DNA from: an uncultured Isosphaeraceae bacterium
GTDB lineage: Bacteria > Planctomycetota > Planctomycetia > Isosphaerales > Isosphaeraceae
NCBI GenBank assembly: GCA_937907405.1
Contig: CALCIC010000118.1
Span: forward strand, 1 to 48,016
Direction of reading: 5' to 3'
Length of the DNA: 48,016 bases
This document shows positions 16,414 to 26,179 of this stretch, piece after piece. The position numbers and the translations under genes are program-made. How positions within the stretch are numbered: the first letter of the stretch is position 1; every line of letters begins with the position of its first letter. Below the pieces are notes generated by a model. The model was not told where the DNA came from and made no database searches. It worked only from the letters and a program-made list of their open reading frames with translations.

Positions 16414-18975
16414 ATGGCGAAGTACATAGTCCCTGCGATGGGGTTTCGGCGGATCGCGGCCGGTCGGGCCAGCAGAGTTCGTCTGGCGGTCGTCGTGCTG
16501 TGGACGCTGAGTGGGGCCGTCACCGGGGTTTCGGGGCAGTCTGATGCACCGCCCCGCGCGGAGGGTTCGGGTCACGAAGCCGGGGCGATCGCGCCGGACC
16601 CGTCGCCAGTCTCGATGCGGACCATCGACGCCACCTGGCCGCCGCCGCCGGGCGAAGAGAGCTGGGAGTTCGTCGAGGACCTGAAGAAACCCTTGCCCTT
16701 CGTGCTGTTCTGGAAGGAGGGGGGCGAGCCGCGGCCGGGCCAGATCGACCTGCGCGCCGGCCTGGCCCTGAAACCCGGCTTTCCCGACGAGACGGGCGTT
16801 CTGAAGACAGCCTACGCCGATCTTGAGCGGTTCCTCGCGTTTGCAAAGCTCGCCGGAGCAGACGGGCTTCCGGTCACGACCGCAAAGACGACGACGGACG
16901 TCCCGGAGGCCTACGCGATCGAGATCGCGCGGGACGGCGTCCGGCTGCTGGCCGGCGATACCGAAGGCATCCGGCGCGCGATCTTCCATCTTGAGGAGCT
17001 GATCGCCGCCGTGGACGGGCCGTTCTTGAGCCCTGGCGTCATCCGGAAGCAGCCCTGGCTGAGGAACCGCATCACGCGCTGCTTCTTCGGACCGATCAAA
17101 CGGCCCCCGCTGAATCGCGACGAGCTGATGGACGACGTGGACTACTACCCTGACGCGTACCTGAACCGTCTCGCGCACGAGGGGATGAACGGTCTGTGGC
17201 TGAGCGTCGAGTGGAAGGACGTCACGAAAACCTCCTTCCGCGCGCCGAGCCCCGACAGAGAGCGGCGGCTGGCGAAGCTGCGCCGGACCGTTGAGAAGTG
17301 CGCCCGCTACGGGATCAAGGTATGGCTCTATTCGAACGAGCCGGTGGGGTTCTTCTCGGCGGACGATCTCATGCTCCAGGCGCATCCCGATCTGGCCGGG
17401 GCGGGCGGGCCCTCCCGCCGCTACGTCTGCCCGAATTCCAAGGCCGGCCAGCAGTTCATCTACGAATCCACCCGCTCGATCTTCTCCCAGGTTTCGGGGC
17501 TGGGCGGGCTGATCAACATCTCGCTCGGGGAACACGGATCCTCCTGCCTCGATTCGGTGGGGGCCGAGGCCGATCGGCGGCCGGACTGTCCACGCTGCGC
17601 GCTGCTGCCGAACTGGCAGACCCTCGCCGCCGGCCAGGGCGCGATGGCGCGGGGCGTCAAGGACGGCGACCCGAACGCGGAGTACATCTGCTGGCTCTAC
17701 ATGCCGGCCTGGAAGCCGCTGGCGCCGTGGGTCTACGAACTCGGGGCCCACCTGCCCACGGACGTGACGCTGCAAGTGAACTTCGAGTCCGGGGCGGTCA
17801 AGTACCAGCTCGACCGCCCGCGGGTGGGCGGCGACTACTGGCTCTCGTTCATCGGCCCGTCCGATCGGTTCGCCCGGATCGCGGGGCAAGCGGCGGCCCA
17901 CGGAACGCCGACGTCCGCGAAGCTTCAGGTGGGCTGCTCGCACGAATCGGCGACCATCCCGTTCATGCCCGCGCCCTCGATCCTGTACCGCAAGTACCGC
18001 GAGATGCCCCGCCTGAACGTCTCCTCCGTGATGCAGTGCTGGTACTTCGGGAACTACCCCGGCGTGATGAATCGGGCCGCGGGTCGGCTGGCCTTCGAGG
18101 ACTTCTCGGGAACGGAGGACCATTTCCTGCGGGCCCTGGCGCGGCCGGACTGGGGCGAAGCCTCGGATCAGGTCGTACAGGCCTGGAAGCACTTCGCCGA
18201 GGGGTTCCAGAAATACCCGCTCTCGACGCGCTTCCAGTGGTGGGGGCCGATGCACGCGGCGCCCGTCTGGCCGCTGCATCTGAAGCCGGCGCTGCGGCCG
18301 CTGCAGCCCACGTGGCTGGTCGGCGGACCCTGCGGCGACGCCATCGGCGAGGCGCTGGACAACCACACCCTCGCCGAGGCCGCAATCCTGGCGCGGAACA
18401 TGTCGGAGGAGTGGAACCGGGGCGTCGCCATCCTGAAAGCACTCGAGCCCGGATTCCGGAACAACCGCGAACGCCAGCTTGACATCGGGCTGGCCGAGGC
18501 CATCGGCATCCAGTTCGCCAGCGCCCGCAACGTCCTGGAATTCTACCTGATGCGCAGCCGCCTGTTCGGCCTGCCCCCCGCGGAGGCGGCGGCGACGCTG
18601 GCGGCCATGGAGGCCGTCGTCCGCCGGGAGATCGCCAACAGCGAGCGGCTCGCAGTGCTCTGCGCCGCCGATTCCCGTCTGGGATTCCACGGCGAGGCGG
18701 AGCGGCACCAGTACTTCGGAGCGCGGCTGAAGTGGCGCGTCACGCTGCTGAAGAATTTGCTCGAGACGGAGTTCGTCGAATACCGGACCGCCTTCCAGGC
18801 GGGCAAGCCGGTGTCGCCGTTCGCGGAGGGACGCGCGGTGTACACCTGCGGATCGGGGTGGACCGATTGCAGGACGTACCGCTGGCGGGCGCAGACCGAC
18901 GACGACGGACTTGCGTTTCAGATCGAGATGAAAACCCCCGGGGTCGGGGGGGGCGTTCACCGCATATCTCTGTGA
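16414..18975 (+). CDS. Large secreted glycoside-hydrolase-like protein (paralog 2); C-terminus probably frameshifted
   Basis: 'EAYAIEIARDGVRLLAGDTEGIRRAIF', 'LAHEGMNGLWL', 'YSNEP' and 'CPRC'. The frame ends shortly after a G8 run at 18946-18953. Confidence 0.72.
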   Translation: MAKYIVPAMGFRRIAAGRASRVRLAVVVLWTLSGAVTGVSGQSDAPPRAEGSGHEAGAIAPDPSPVSMRTIDATWPPPPGEESWEFVEDLKKPLPFVLFWKEGGEPRPGQIDLRAGLALKPGFPDETGVLKTAYADLERFLAFAKLAGADGLPVTTAKTTTDVPEAYAIEIARDGVRLLAGDTEGIRRAIFHLEELIAAVDGPFLSPGVIRKQPWLRNRITRCFFGPIKRPPLNRDELMDDVDYYPDAYLNRLAHEGMNGLWLSVEWKDVTKTSFRAPSPDRERRLAKLRRTVEKCARYGIKVWLYSNEPVGFFSADDLMLQAHPDLAGAGGPSRRYVCPNSKAGQQFIYESTRSIFSQVSGLGGLINISLGEHGSSCLDSVGAEADRRPDCPRCALLPNWQTLAAGQGAMARGVKDGDPNAEYICWLYMPAWKPLAPWVYELGAHLPTDVTLQVNFESGAVKYQLDRPRVGGDYWLSFIGPSDRFARIAGQAAAHGTPTSAKLQVGCSHESATIPFMPAPSILYRKYREMPRLNVSSVMQCWYFGNYPGVMNRAAGRLAFEDFSGTEDHFLRALARPDWGEASDQVVQAWKHFAEGFQKYPLSTRFQWWGPMHAAPVWPLHLKPALRPLQPTWLVGGPCGDAIGEALDNHTLAEAAILARNMSEEWNRGVAILKALEPGFRNNRERQLDIGLAEAIGIQFASARNVLEFYLMRSRLFGLPPAEAAATLAAMEAVVRREIANSERLAVLCAADSRLGFHGEAERHQYFGARLKWRVTLLKNLLETEFVEYRTAFQAGKPVSPFAEGRAVYTCGSGWTDCRTYRWRAQTDDDGLAFQIEMKTPGVGGGVHRISL

Positions 18976-19297
18976 CCCGTTCGTGACCGCGCACTTCTGG
19001 GAGATCCGCGTCTCGACCGCGGGCCCCGTGTCGGACTCCCGCGAGATCGGCTTGCGGGCCGAACCTTACACGACCGCCGAAGGCGTGCGCGGAGTGACTC
19101 TGCACATCCCTTCTCAGGGGTTGTCGCTGCTCGACCCCTCGGGGCGAGCCTACGCCTTCAACGTCTTCAACAATGGCGACGTTGCGGACAACTGGCCCAC
19201 GGGCCTGGGCGAATTCGACATCGGTAAATACCGCCTGGCCCTGGGGCGCTTCGACCCTCGAAAGCTGGGATATCTGAAGCTGGCCCACGACGAGTGA
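18953..19297 (+). pseudogene. Frameshifted C-terminal continuation of paralog 2 (beta-rich domain)
   Basis: The +1 frame is open from the G8 run (AFTAYLCDPFVTAHFWEIRV...) to TGA 19297. Removing one G would give a single 960-aa protein. Confidence 0.6.
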
Positions 19298-19408
19298 TCT
19301 GAATTCTCCGGGTAGCGCCCCTGGTCCCACGGGGTGGCCGGGGCGCGGCGGGCGCGGCTCTGGGTGCTGGTCCTGGAACCAGTCAACCAGTCGAGAGGGC
19401 GGCATCGG

Positions 19409-19484
19409 CGCTTGTTCCACGTCTTCGGGGCGGATAACCTGTTCGAGACTCGCCAAGCGATCCAAAGATCCGGCCCGCCTCATC
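19409..19484 (-). mobile_element. Possible relic of the 5' end of an IS4-family transposase
   Basis: Reads DEAGRI / LDRLASLEQVIRPEDVEQA across a 1-nt frameshift. This resembles planctomycete IS4 transposase N-termini as I recall them (not verified). No terminal repeats seen. Confidence 0.4.
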
Positions 19485-19592
19485 GGCCGGGAGCCTTCGC
19501 GGCTTCCGGCGTCAGCACGACGATCAACCACCCTCCGGCCCTGGAGCCCTCAAGACGGAGGGCGGAAACCCGGCGATGACTGAGGAGTTACG

Positions 19593-22163
19593 ATGATCAC
19601 GCGACGGATGTTTGTGCATGGAATGAGTGGGCTGGCGATCGCCCATACGTGGATTGATCCCCGGTTCGCCTGGGCCGCCCCCGCTCCGCTCGCCGAGACG
19701 CATTTTCCGGACCGCCTCCACCAGTACGTCTGGCGCAACTGGGAGCTGGCGAACACCGATCGTTTGGCGGACGTGGTCCAGTGCCGCCCCGAGGAGATTC
19801 TGGCCATCGGCTCATCCCTGGGCCTGCCGAGCAAGCCCGAACTCACCTCCGACCAGCTCCGACGGATCTACATCACCGTCATCCGCCAGAACTGGCACCT
19901 GTTACCGAACGAGCAGTTGATCCGGCTGCTCGGCTGGACCGACGAACGACTTCGATTCACGCTCAAGGAGGACGACTTCCTCGACGTCAAGCTCGGCCCG
20001 AAGCCCGATTGCCCTCAACTTCAGTACGCGACTCCCGGCGCGGAAGCCCAGCGGCGGGCCGCCGAGATCAAGCGGCAGGTTCGCGACGTTCTGGGAGAGG
20101 AACTGGAAACCCGAGGCGAGCCGCCGTTCGCCTTCATCGCTCGGCTCAGCGACATGAGCATGCCCCCGCTCCGGGATCCCGAGGCCAGGCCCTCGGACGA
20201 CGAGGTGGACCTCTCCGGCTGGACGATCGTGGGAGACGAAGGCGTGGACCGTCGCATCGTCGACCGCCTCGCCGAGTACCTCCGGGACGCCATGAAAGCC
20301 GGCGCGGTCCGGGACGGCGCCCCGGCGTTGCGGCTTCGCCTCGACCCGGCGCTCGGCGAGGGGGGGGAGCGCTTCCTGATCAACGTCGATGACGGTCGAG
20401 CGGAGGTCGTCGGCAACAGCCCCGGCGGCCTGCTCCAGGGCGTCTATCGGCTTCAGGACCAGATGAAGGAGCGCGGCGGACCGTTCGTACCTCGTGGCCA
20501 CGTCGATCGGCAGGCCAGATTCTATCCGCGACACCTCTATTCGTACTTCGCGCTTTACGGCGACCCCCTGTTTGAACCGGACGTCGACCCGTTCCCGGAC
20601 GGCCTTCTGGAGAAGCTGGCCCGGACCGGGGTCAACGGCGTCTGGTTGCAGGCCGTCCTCAACAACCTCGCCCCATCGAAGACCTTCCCCGAGTTCGGCG
20701 AGGGGGGCGACCGTCGCCTGGCCACCCTGAGCAAGCTCGTCGAGCGGGCGAGCCGATTCGGAATTCGGGTCTTCCTCTACCTGAACGAGCCGCGGTCGAT
20801 GCCGGCGGAGTTCTTCAAGGGGCGGGAGGAGATGCGGGGGGCGGAATCCGGCGGCTATCACGCGATGTGCACCGCCCATCCGGCCGTCCGCGAATGGATC
20901 GCCGCGAGCCTGGCCCACGTCTTTGACCGCGTACCGGGATTGGGTGGGGTCTTCTCCATCACGATGTCGGAGAACTTCACCAACTGCTATTCGAAGCATC
21001 AGCCCGATTCCTGCCCGCGCTGCTCGAAGCGGAAGAATCGGGGCGAGGGCGTCGAGGAAGTCCTACGGTCGATCCATGAAGGCGTCCGTCGGTCGAGCCC
21101 GGATGCGGAGGTCATCGCCTGGGACTGGGGCTGGACCGAGGACCAGGCCCGCTACCTGATCCCCCGACTGCCTCGCGACTCGAAGTTCCAGAGCGTCAGC
21201 GAGTGGAGCATCCCGATCGAGCGAGGCGGGGTGAAGGCCACGGTCGGCGAATACTCGATCTCGGTGGTCGGCCCGGGGCCTCGGGCCACCGCTCACTGGG
21301 ACCTGGCCAGGCGGGCCGGCGTCGCGACGATGGCCAAGGTCCAGCTCAACAACACCTGGGAAATCTCGGCGGTCCCCTATATTCCGGTCGCGTACCTGGT
21401 GGCTCGGCATTGCGCCAACCTCGCGGCGGCCGGCGTCAGTGGGCTTCAGCAGTCGTGGACCCTCGGCGGCTACCCATCCCCGAACCTGGAGATCGTCAAG
21501 GAGGTCTGCTTCGCTCCCGACGACCCCATCGACCGAATCCTGGAGCGAGTGGCCCGGCGGCGGTACGGTGAAGCGGCCGCGCCCCTGGCGCTCGACGCCT
21601 GGAAGGGCTTCAGCGACGCTTTCGAGGAGTATCCGTACGGCGTCAACATCTACCTGATCCCGACGCAGCACGGCCCGGCCAATCTTCTCCGGGCCCGACC
21701 GTCGGGCGCCGCGACGGGCATGATCCTCTTCCCCCAGGACGCTTACCGAGCCTGGTCCGGGGCGTATCCTCCCGATGTGGTCCGCGATCAGTTCAACCGG
21801 ACGGCCGACCTTTGGGAAGCGGCTTTGCCGTTGTTCCGCAAAGCGGTCGAACTCGTCCCGGCGTTGCGGAAGGCCGCCGCCGAGGAGGACCTGGCCATCG
21901 CCGAAACGTGCCTGATCCACTTCCGAAGCGTCGCCCGCCAGGTGGCCTTTTATCTCCTCCGCGACGGCGAACCGGACGCCGAGGGCCGGGCGCGCATGAG
22001 GAAGCTGGTCGAGCAGGAGATGGAATCGGCCCGGCGGATGTACAGCCTGGCCCGACGCCACGCGGTGATTGCTTTCGAGGCCTCCAACCACTACTATTAC
22101 CGGCCGCTGGACCTGGCTGAGAAGGTCGTCAACTGCCAGTATCTCCTGGATCACCAACTCTGA
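19593..22163 (+). CDS. Tat-exported glycoside-hydrolase-like protein (paralog 3) with extra N-terminal domain
   Basis: GAGGAG RBS; Tat motif 'ITRRMF'; 'LARTGVNGVWLQ', 'YLNEP', 'CPRC' and 'GEYSISVVGP'. Confidence 0.75.
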   Translation: MITRRMFVHGMSGLAIAHTWIDPRFAWAAPAPLAETHFPDRLHQYVWRNWELANTDRLADVVQCRPEEILAIGSSLGLPSKPELTSDQLRRIYITVIRQNWHLLPNEQLIRLLGWTDERLRFTLKEDDFLDVKLGPKPDCPQLQYATPGAEAQRRAAEIKRQVRDVLGEELETRGEPPFAFIARLSDMSMPPLRDPEARPSDDEVDLSGWTIVGDEGVDRRIVDRLAEYLRDAMKAGAVRDGAPALRLRLDPALGEGGERFLINVDDGRAEVVGNSPGGLLQGVYRLQDQMKERGGPFVPRGHVDRQARFYPRHLYSYFALYGDPLFEPDVDPFPDGLLEKLARTGVNGVWLQAVLNNLAPSKTFPEFGEGGDRRLATLSKLVERASRFGIRVFLYLNEPRSMPAEFFKGREEMRGAESGGYHAMCTAHPAVREWIAASLAHVFDRVPGLGGVFSITMSENFTNCYSKHQPDSCPRCSKRKNRGEGVEEVLRSIHEGVRRSSPDAEVIAWDWGWTEDQARYLIPRLPRDSKFQSVSEWSIPIERGGVKATVGEYSISVVGPGPRATAHWDLARRAGVATMAKVQLNNTWEISAVPYIPVAYLVARHCANLAAAGVSGLQQSWTLGGYPSPNLEIVKEVCFAPDDPIDRILERVARRRYGEAAAPLALDAWKGFSDAFEEYPYGVNIYLIPTQHGPANLLRARPSGAATGMILFPQDAYRAWSGAYPPDVVRDQFNRTADLWEAALPLFRKAVELVPALRKAAAEEDLAIAETCLIHFRSVARQVAFYLLRDGEPDAEGRARMRKLVEQEMESARRMYSLARRHAVIAFEASNHYYYRPLDLAEKVVNCQYLLDHQL

Positions 22164-22174
22164 GAGGCTTGCCG

Positions 22175-23182
22175 ATGGAGCGCGTGGGGATCGGACTGGT
22201 CGGCTGCGGACTCTTCGGAGAGAGCCACCTCCAAGCCTATCGAGGCGTGCCCAACGCCGCGGTCCGCGCGATCTTCGACACCGACCGGGAACGCGCGGAA
22301 CGGCTCGCCGCCGCGTTCCAGGTTCCTCGCGTCTGCGAGAGCCTGGATGAGCTCTGCGGCCTCCCCGAAATCGATCTCGTCGACGTGGTCACGCCGGAGG
22401 CCGACCATGCCCGGCCCGTGCTGACGGCCTTCGCCAAGGGGAAGCACGTCTTCGTCGAGAAGCCGTTGGCGACCGACCTGGCCGAGTGCTCGCGAATGAT
22501 CGAGGCGGCGCGAGCATCGGGCCGGTTCCTGATGGTCGGGCACATCCTGCGGTTCGAGACCAAGTACGCGATGCTCAAGGAGGAGTTGGCCTCCGGCCGC
22601 CTGGGCGAGATCGTCTCGCTGCACGCCCGGCGGAACCGACTCAAGGAACTCCTGCCCCGGTACGGCCGGATCCACCCGGTCCTCGAGACCGGCATCCACG
22701 ACATCGACCTGATGCTCTGGTACGTCGGCAAGCCGGTCCGACGGGTTCGCGGGTTCGCCCGGTCGATCACGGGAGGGGTGCACCCGGACACGTTCTGGGG
22801 AGTGCTGGAGTTCGAGACCGGGGCCGTCGGCGTCATCGAAACGATCTGGCTGCTGCCAAAGGCCGCCGGCATCAGCCTCGACGACGCCTTCCGAGTGGTC
22901 GGCGCGACTGGGCTCGGAAACCTTCAGCTCGTGCCGGCGGCATTGAGCTTCTGGCGCGAGGACGGGTACGAAGTCCCCGACGTCAGCTACGATCCTCGGG
23001 TCAGGAACTCGGCCCGGGGCGCCCTGCGAGACGAACTCTCCTACCTCTGCGATTGCGTGACCGAGGGCCGGGCCCCAGAACTGAACACCGGGGTCGACGG
23101 CCGGCGGGCCTTGCGGGTCGCGCAAGCCTTGATCGAATCGGCGGCGGCCGGAGCGGACGTCGAGATCCAAGGCTGGGACTGA
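22175..23182 (+). CDS. Gfo/Idh/MocA family oxidoreductase
   Basis: 'IGLVGCGLFG', 'GKHVFVEKPLA' and 'GIHDIDL'. Confidence 0.93.
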   Translation: MERVGIGLVGCGLFGESHLQAYRGVPNAAVRAIFDTDRERAERLAAAFQVPRVCESLDELCGLPEIDLVDVVTPEADHARPVLTAFAKGKHVFVEKPLATDLAECSRMIEAARASGRFLMVGHILRFETKYAMLKEELASGRLGEIVSLHARRNRLKELLPRYGRIHPVLETGIHDIDLMLWYVGKPVRRVRGFARSITGGVHPDTFWGVLEFETGAVGVIETIWLLPKAAGISLDDAFRVVGATGLGNLQLVPAALSFWREDGYEVPDVSYDPRVRNSARGALRDELSYLCDCVTEGRAPELNTGVDGRRALRVAQALIESAAAGADVEIQGWD

Positions 23183-23203
23183 ACGCCTCCGAGGAACCAC
23201 TCC

Positions 23204-24385
23204 ATGTCGGACGACTTGCTCATCGGCCTGGCGGTCGTGCTGCTGGCGGGCCTCTTCCAGGGCGGCTTCATGCTCCCTAGCAAGTGGATGAGCGGGTGGG
23301 CCTGGGAGAACTACTGGCTGATCTTCGCCGCCGTCGCCTACCTGGCCTGCCCCTGGTTGCTGGCCCTGGCGACGATCCCGAACCTGCTCGACGTGTACCG
23401 CGGCGCGACGATCAGCTCGGTCGTCTGGGTGGTCCTTTTTGGAATCGGCTGGGGAATCGGCGCGGTGACGTTCGGCCTGGGGGTGGAGGCGATCGGCCTG
23501 TCGCTCGGGTTCGCGGTGATCCTGGGGGTGGCGGCGACGAGCGGGACTCTGATCCCGCTGCTCGTCCATCCGCCGTCGAACTTCACCACGTCGCAGGGCG
23601 TCGTCACGGCCGGGTCGTTGGCCGTAATGCTCCTGGGCGTGGCCGTCTGCTCCTTCGCCGGCCGCTGGAAGGAGGGGGGAGCGTCGGCGACTCGGCGGTT
23701 CTCATACCGGCTGGGCCTGGTGATCTGCGTCCTGTCAGGCCTGCTCTCCTCGTGCGGCAACCTCGGTTTCGCCTTCGGCGAGGTGATCTACCGTCGAGCG
23801 GCCGGCCCAGGCGTGCCGGCGCACCTGACGCCCAACGCCCTCTGGCCTCTGCTGACGCCCCCCTTGTTCCTGTGCAACGCCGGCTACGCCCTCTACCTGC
23901 TCCGTCGCGACCGCACGGGTCGCAACTACCGCGACGCTCGCTCGGCGCGCAACACGTTCTTCGCCATCCTGATGGGGGTCCTCTGGATGGCCGGCATGGC
24001 GCTTTATGGGATCGGGGCCAACCGGCTCGGCCGGCTCGGCCCGTCGCTCGGCTGGTCGATCCTGATGTCAAGCATGGTGCTGGTCGCCAACGCCCTCGGG
24101 GTCCTGTCTGGAGAGTGGCGGTCGGCCCCTGCTCGAGCCATGCGGCACCTGGCCGCGGGCCTGGTCCTGCTGCTGCTGGCGATCACCGGCCTGGGCTTTG
24201 CCAACTCGCTCCAGCAGGAGAACGGCCGCCCCCCTTCGCGAGGGGCGTCGGCCGAAGAGGTTCGTTCTCACGACCCGGCCTCGCCATTCGACGAGCCAAC
24301 GCTTTTTAATCCCCTTGCTCCGCGCAAACGTTCGCACTGGGCTGATCAATCAGGGCGAGACGGCGCGGGGGCGGCCGAGTCTTGA
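23204..24385 (+). CDS. RhaT family (L-rhamnose/H+ symporter-like) transporter
   Basis: 'GGFMLPSK...WAWENYW', '[13 protein letters not shown]...GLSLG' and 'GVLSGEWR'; about 10 TM segments. Confidence 0.85.
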   Translation: MSDDLLIGLAVVLLAGLFQGGFMLPSKWMSGWAWENYWLIFAAVAYLACPWLLALATIPNLLDVYRGATISSVVWVVLFGIGWGIGAVTFGLGVEAIGLSLGFAVILGVAATSGTLIPLLVHPPSNFTTSQGVVTAGSLAVMLLGVAVCSFAGRWKEGGASATRRFSYRLGLVICVLSGLLSSCGNLGFAFGEVIYRRAAGPGVPAHLTPNALWPLLTPPLFLCNAGYALYLLRRDRTGRNYRDARSARNTFFAILMGVLWMAGMALYGIGANRLGRLGPSLGWSILMSSMVLVANALGVLSGEWRSAPARAMRHLAAGLVLLLLAITGLGFANSLQQENGRPPSRGASAEEVRSHDPASPFDEPTLFNPLAPRKRSHWADQSGRDGAGAAES

Positions 24386-24516
24386 AAAGGACTCCTCCAA
24401 CGCAAGCCGGCCGATCGCGATGAATGGATCGGTGTTCCAAACGGCAGCGCGGGCGGACGGGTTTCGGCGCGATCGAAGCCAATCGCGGCGGGCGGGTCGT
24501 GGCCGTCCATCCGTCG

Positions 24517-24545
24517 TTGACCCGGATCGTCGCGGCAGGGAGAAT
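24517..24545 (+). promoter_or_regulatory. Putative sigma70 promoter of gpmA
   Basis: TTGACC-N17-GAGAAT ending 45 nt upstream of the ATG. Confidence 0.5.
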
Positions 24546-24590
24546 ACCAAGGATGCGGCTCAAGCCGCGCCGTATCCAATCCTAGGAGAC

Positions 24591-25337
24591 ATGATGACCA
24601 AGTTAGTTTTGCTGCGTCACGGCGAGAGCATCTGGAACAAGGAAAATTTGTTCACCGGCTGGCATGACGTGGACCTGTCGGAGCAAGGCAAGGTCGAGGC
24701 CAAGCGGGCCGGCGAGCTGCTCAAGGCGGAGGGGTTCACCTTCGACGTCGCTTACACGTCGGTCCTCAAGCGGGCGATCCGGACCGCCTGGATGGCGCTT
24801 GACGAACTGGACCTGTTGTGGATACCCGTCGACCGCTCGTGGCGGCTCAACGAGCGACACTACGGGGCGCTTCAGGGGCTGAACAAGGCGCAGACCGCGG
24901 CCAAGTTCGGCGACGAGCAGGTTTTGGTCTGGCGGCGAAGCTACGACGTCCCCCCGCCGGCGCTCGAGGAGTCCGATCCCCGATACCCCGGCTCCGATCC
25001 CCGGTACGCGGACCTCACCAAGGACGAACTGCCCAGGACCGAGTGCCTCAAGGACACCGTCGCGCGGTTCCTCCCCTACTGGGAGCAAACCATCGTGCCG
25101 ACCGTGAAGTCGGGCAAGAAGGTGCTCATCGCGGCCCACGGCAACAGCCTCCGGGCGCTGGTGAAGCACCTTGACGGCATCTCCGACGAGGAAATCGTCG
25201 GCCTGAACATCCCCACCGGGGTCCCCCTGGTCTACGAGCTGGATGCGGCCCTCAAGCCGATCAAGAGCTACTACCTCGGCGACCCCGACGAAGCCGCCCG
25301 CAAGGCCGCGGCCGTTGCGGCCCAGGCCAAGGGCTGA
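24591..25337 (+). CDS. gpmA: 2,3-bisphosphoglycerate-dependent phosphoglycerate mutase
   Basis: '[24 protein letters not shown]', '[15 protein letters not shown]' and '[10 protein letters not shown]'; AGGAG RBS. Confidence 0.97.
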   Translation: MMTKLVLLRHGESIWNKENLFTGWHDVDLSEQGKVEAKRAGELLKAEGFTFDVAYTSVLKRAIRTAWMALDELDLLWIPVDRSWRLNERHYGALQGLNKAQTAAKFGDEQVLVWRRSYDVPPPALEESDPRYPGSDPRYADLTKDELPRTECLKDTVARFLPYWEQTIVPTVKSGKKVLIAAHGNSLRALVKHLDGISDEEIVGLNIPTGVPLVYELDAALKPIKSYYLGDPDEAARKAAAVAAQAKG

Positions 25338-25353
25338 CGGCCGGCGTGATCCG

Positions 25354-25911
25354 TCATTCGGTGATCTCGCGGATCACGCGGCAGGGGTTGCCAGCCGCGA
25401 ATACGCTCTCGGGAACGTCCCGCGTGACCACGCTTCCCGCGCCGATGACGGACCGCGCCCCGATCTTCACCCCCGGACAGATCACCGCCGCGCCGCCGAC
25501 CCAGACGTCCGAGCCGATCTCGATCGGCCGGGCGAACTCGTGCTTCCGGCGCTCGGCGGCGTTCATCGGATGCATCGCCGTGTAGATCTGCACCGCAGGG
25601 CCGAACATCGTGTGCTCGCCGATCCGCACCTCGGCGACGTCGAGCACCACGCAGTTGAAGTTGAAGAAGACCCGATCCCCGAGCACGATATTCGAACCGT
25701 AGTCGCAGTAGAACGGCGGCTGCATCCAGACGCTTTCGCCTCCCGCGCCGAACAGCGCGCGGAGAATCCGCCGCCGCTCGTCGACCTCCCCCTCGCGGGT
25801 GGCGTTGAGCGCCTGACACAGATCGCGCGCCCGGTCGCGAGCCTGAACCAGATCGGCGTCGAGCGGATCGTACAACGCCCCAGCCAGCATTTTCTCGCGT
25901 TCGGTCGTCAT
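25354..25911 (-). CDS. Sugar O-acetyltransferase (maltose O-acetyltransferase family, left-handed beta-helix)
   Basis: 'EREKMLAGALY', 'PPFYCDYGSNI' and hexapeptide repeats 'IGSDVWVGG...IGAGSVVTRDVP...GNPCRV'. Confidence 0.92.
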   Translation of the reverse strand: MTTEREKMLAGALYDPLDADLVQARDRARDLCQALNATREGEVDERRRILRALFGAGGESVWMQPPFYCDYGSNIVLGDRVFFNFNCVVLDVAEVRIGEHTMFGPAVQIYTAMHPMNAAERRKHEFARPIEIGSDVWVGGAAVICPGVKIGARSVIGAGSVVTRDVPESVFAAGNPCRVIREITE

Positions 25912-25928
25912 CTCGTCGCAATCCTCGG

Positions 25929-26138
25929 TCAAAACAACGTGTAGATGAACGGCGCCGCGGCCGTGCTCGACAGAAAGATCAGGACGCCCAGCAAGAGCAT
26001 CACGACCACGATGGGGAGCAGCCACCATTTCTTGTTCTGCTTGAGAAACGCCCAGAACTCGGCGATCAGGCTTTCGCCTTCCTGTTCGGCGGCGGCCTTC
26101 TCGAACTCGGTGCGGGTCGGCGGAGGGGTTTCGCTCAT
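25929..26138 (-). CDS. DUF5989 family small membrane protein (SxtK-like)
   Basis: 'EFWAFLKQNKKWWLLPI...AAPFIYTLF' signature. Confidence 0.9.
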   Translation of the reverse strand: MSETPPPTRTEFEKAAAEQEGESLIAEFWAFLKQNKKWWLLPIVVVMLLLGVLIFLSSTAAAPFIYTLF

Positions 26139-26179
26139 GGCTGATAGATCGCTTGATGAAGGTCGAAGTCGTCAACGCA

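Noticed and set aside
15634-18960. 1108-aa minus-strand ORF, and similar long antisense ORFs such as 26559-28814, 7772-9283 and 35990-37270
   Set aside because: These are shadows of well-supported genes on the opposite strand. High GC3 suppresses antisense stops, and they contain no recognisable motifs.
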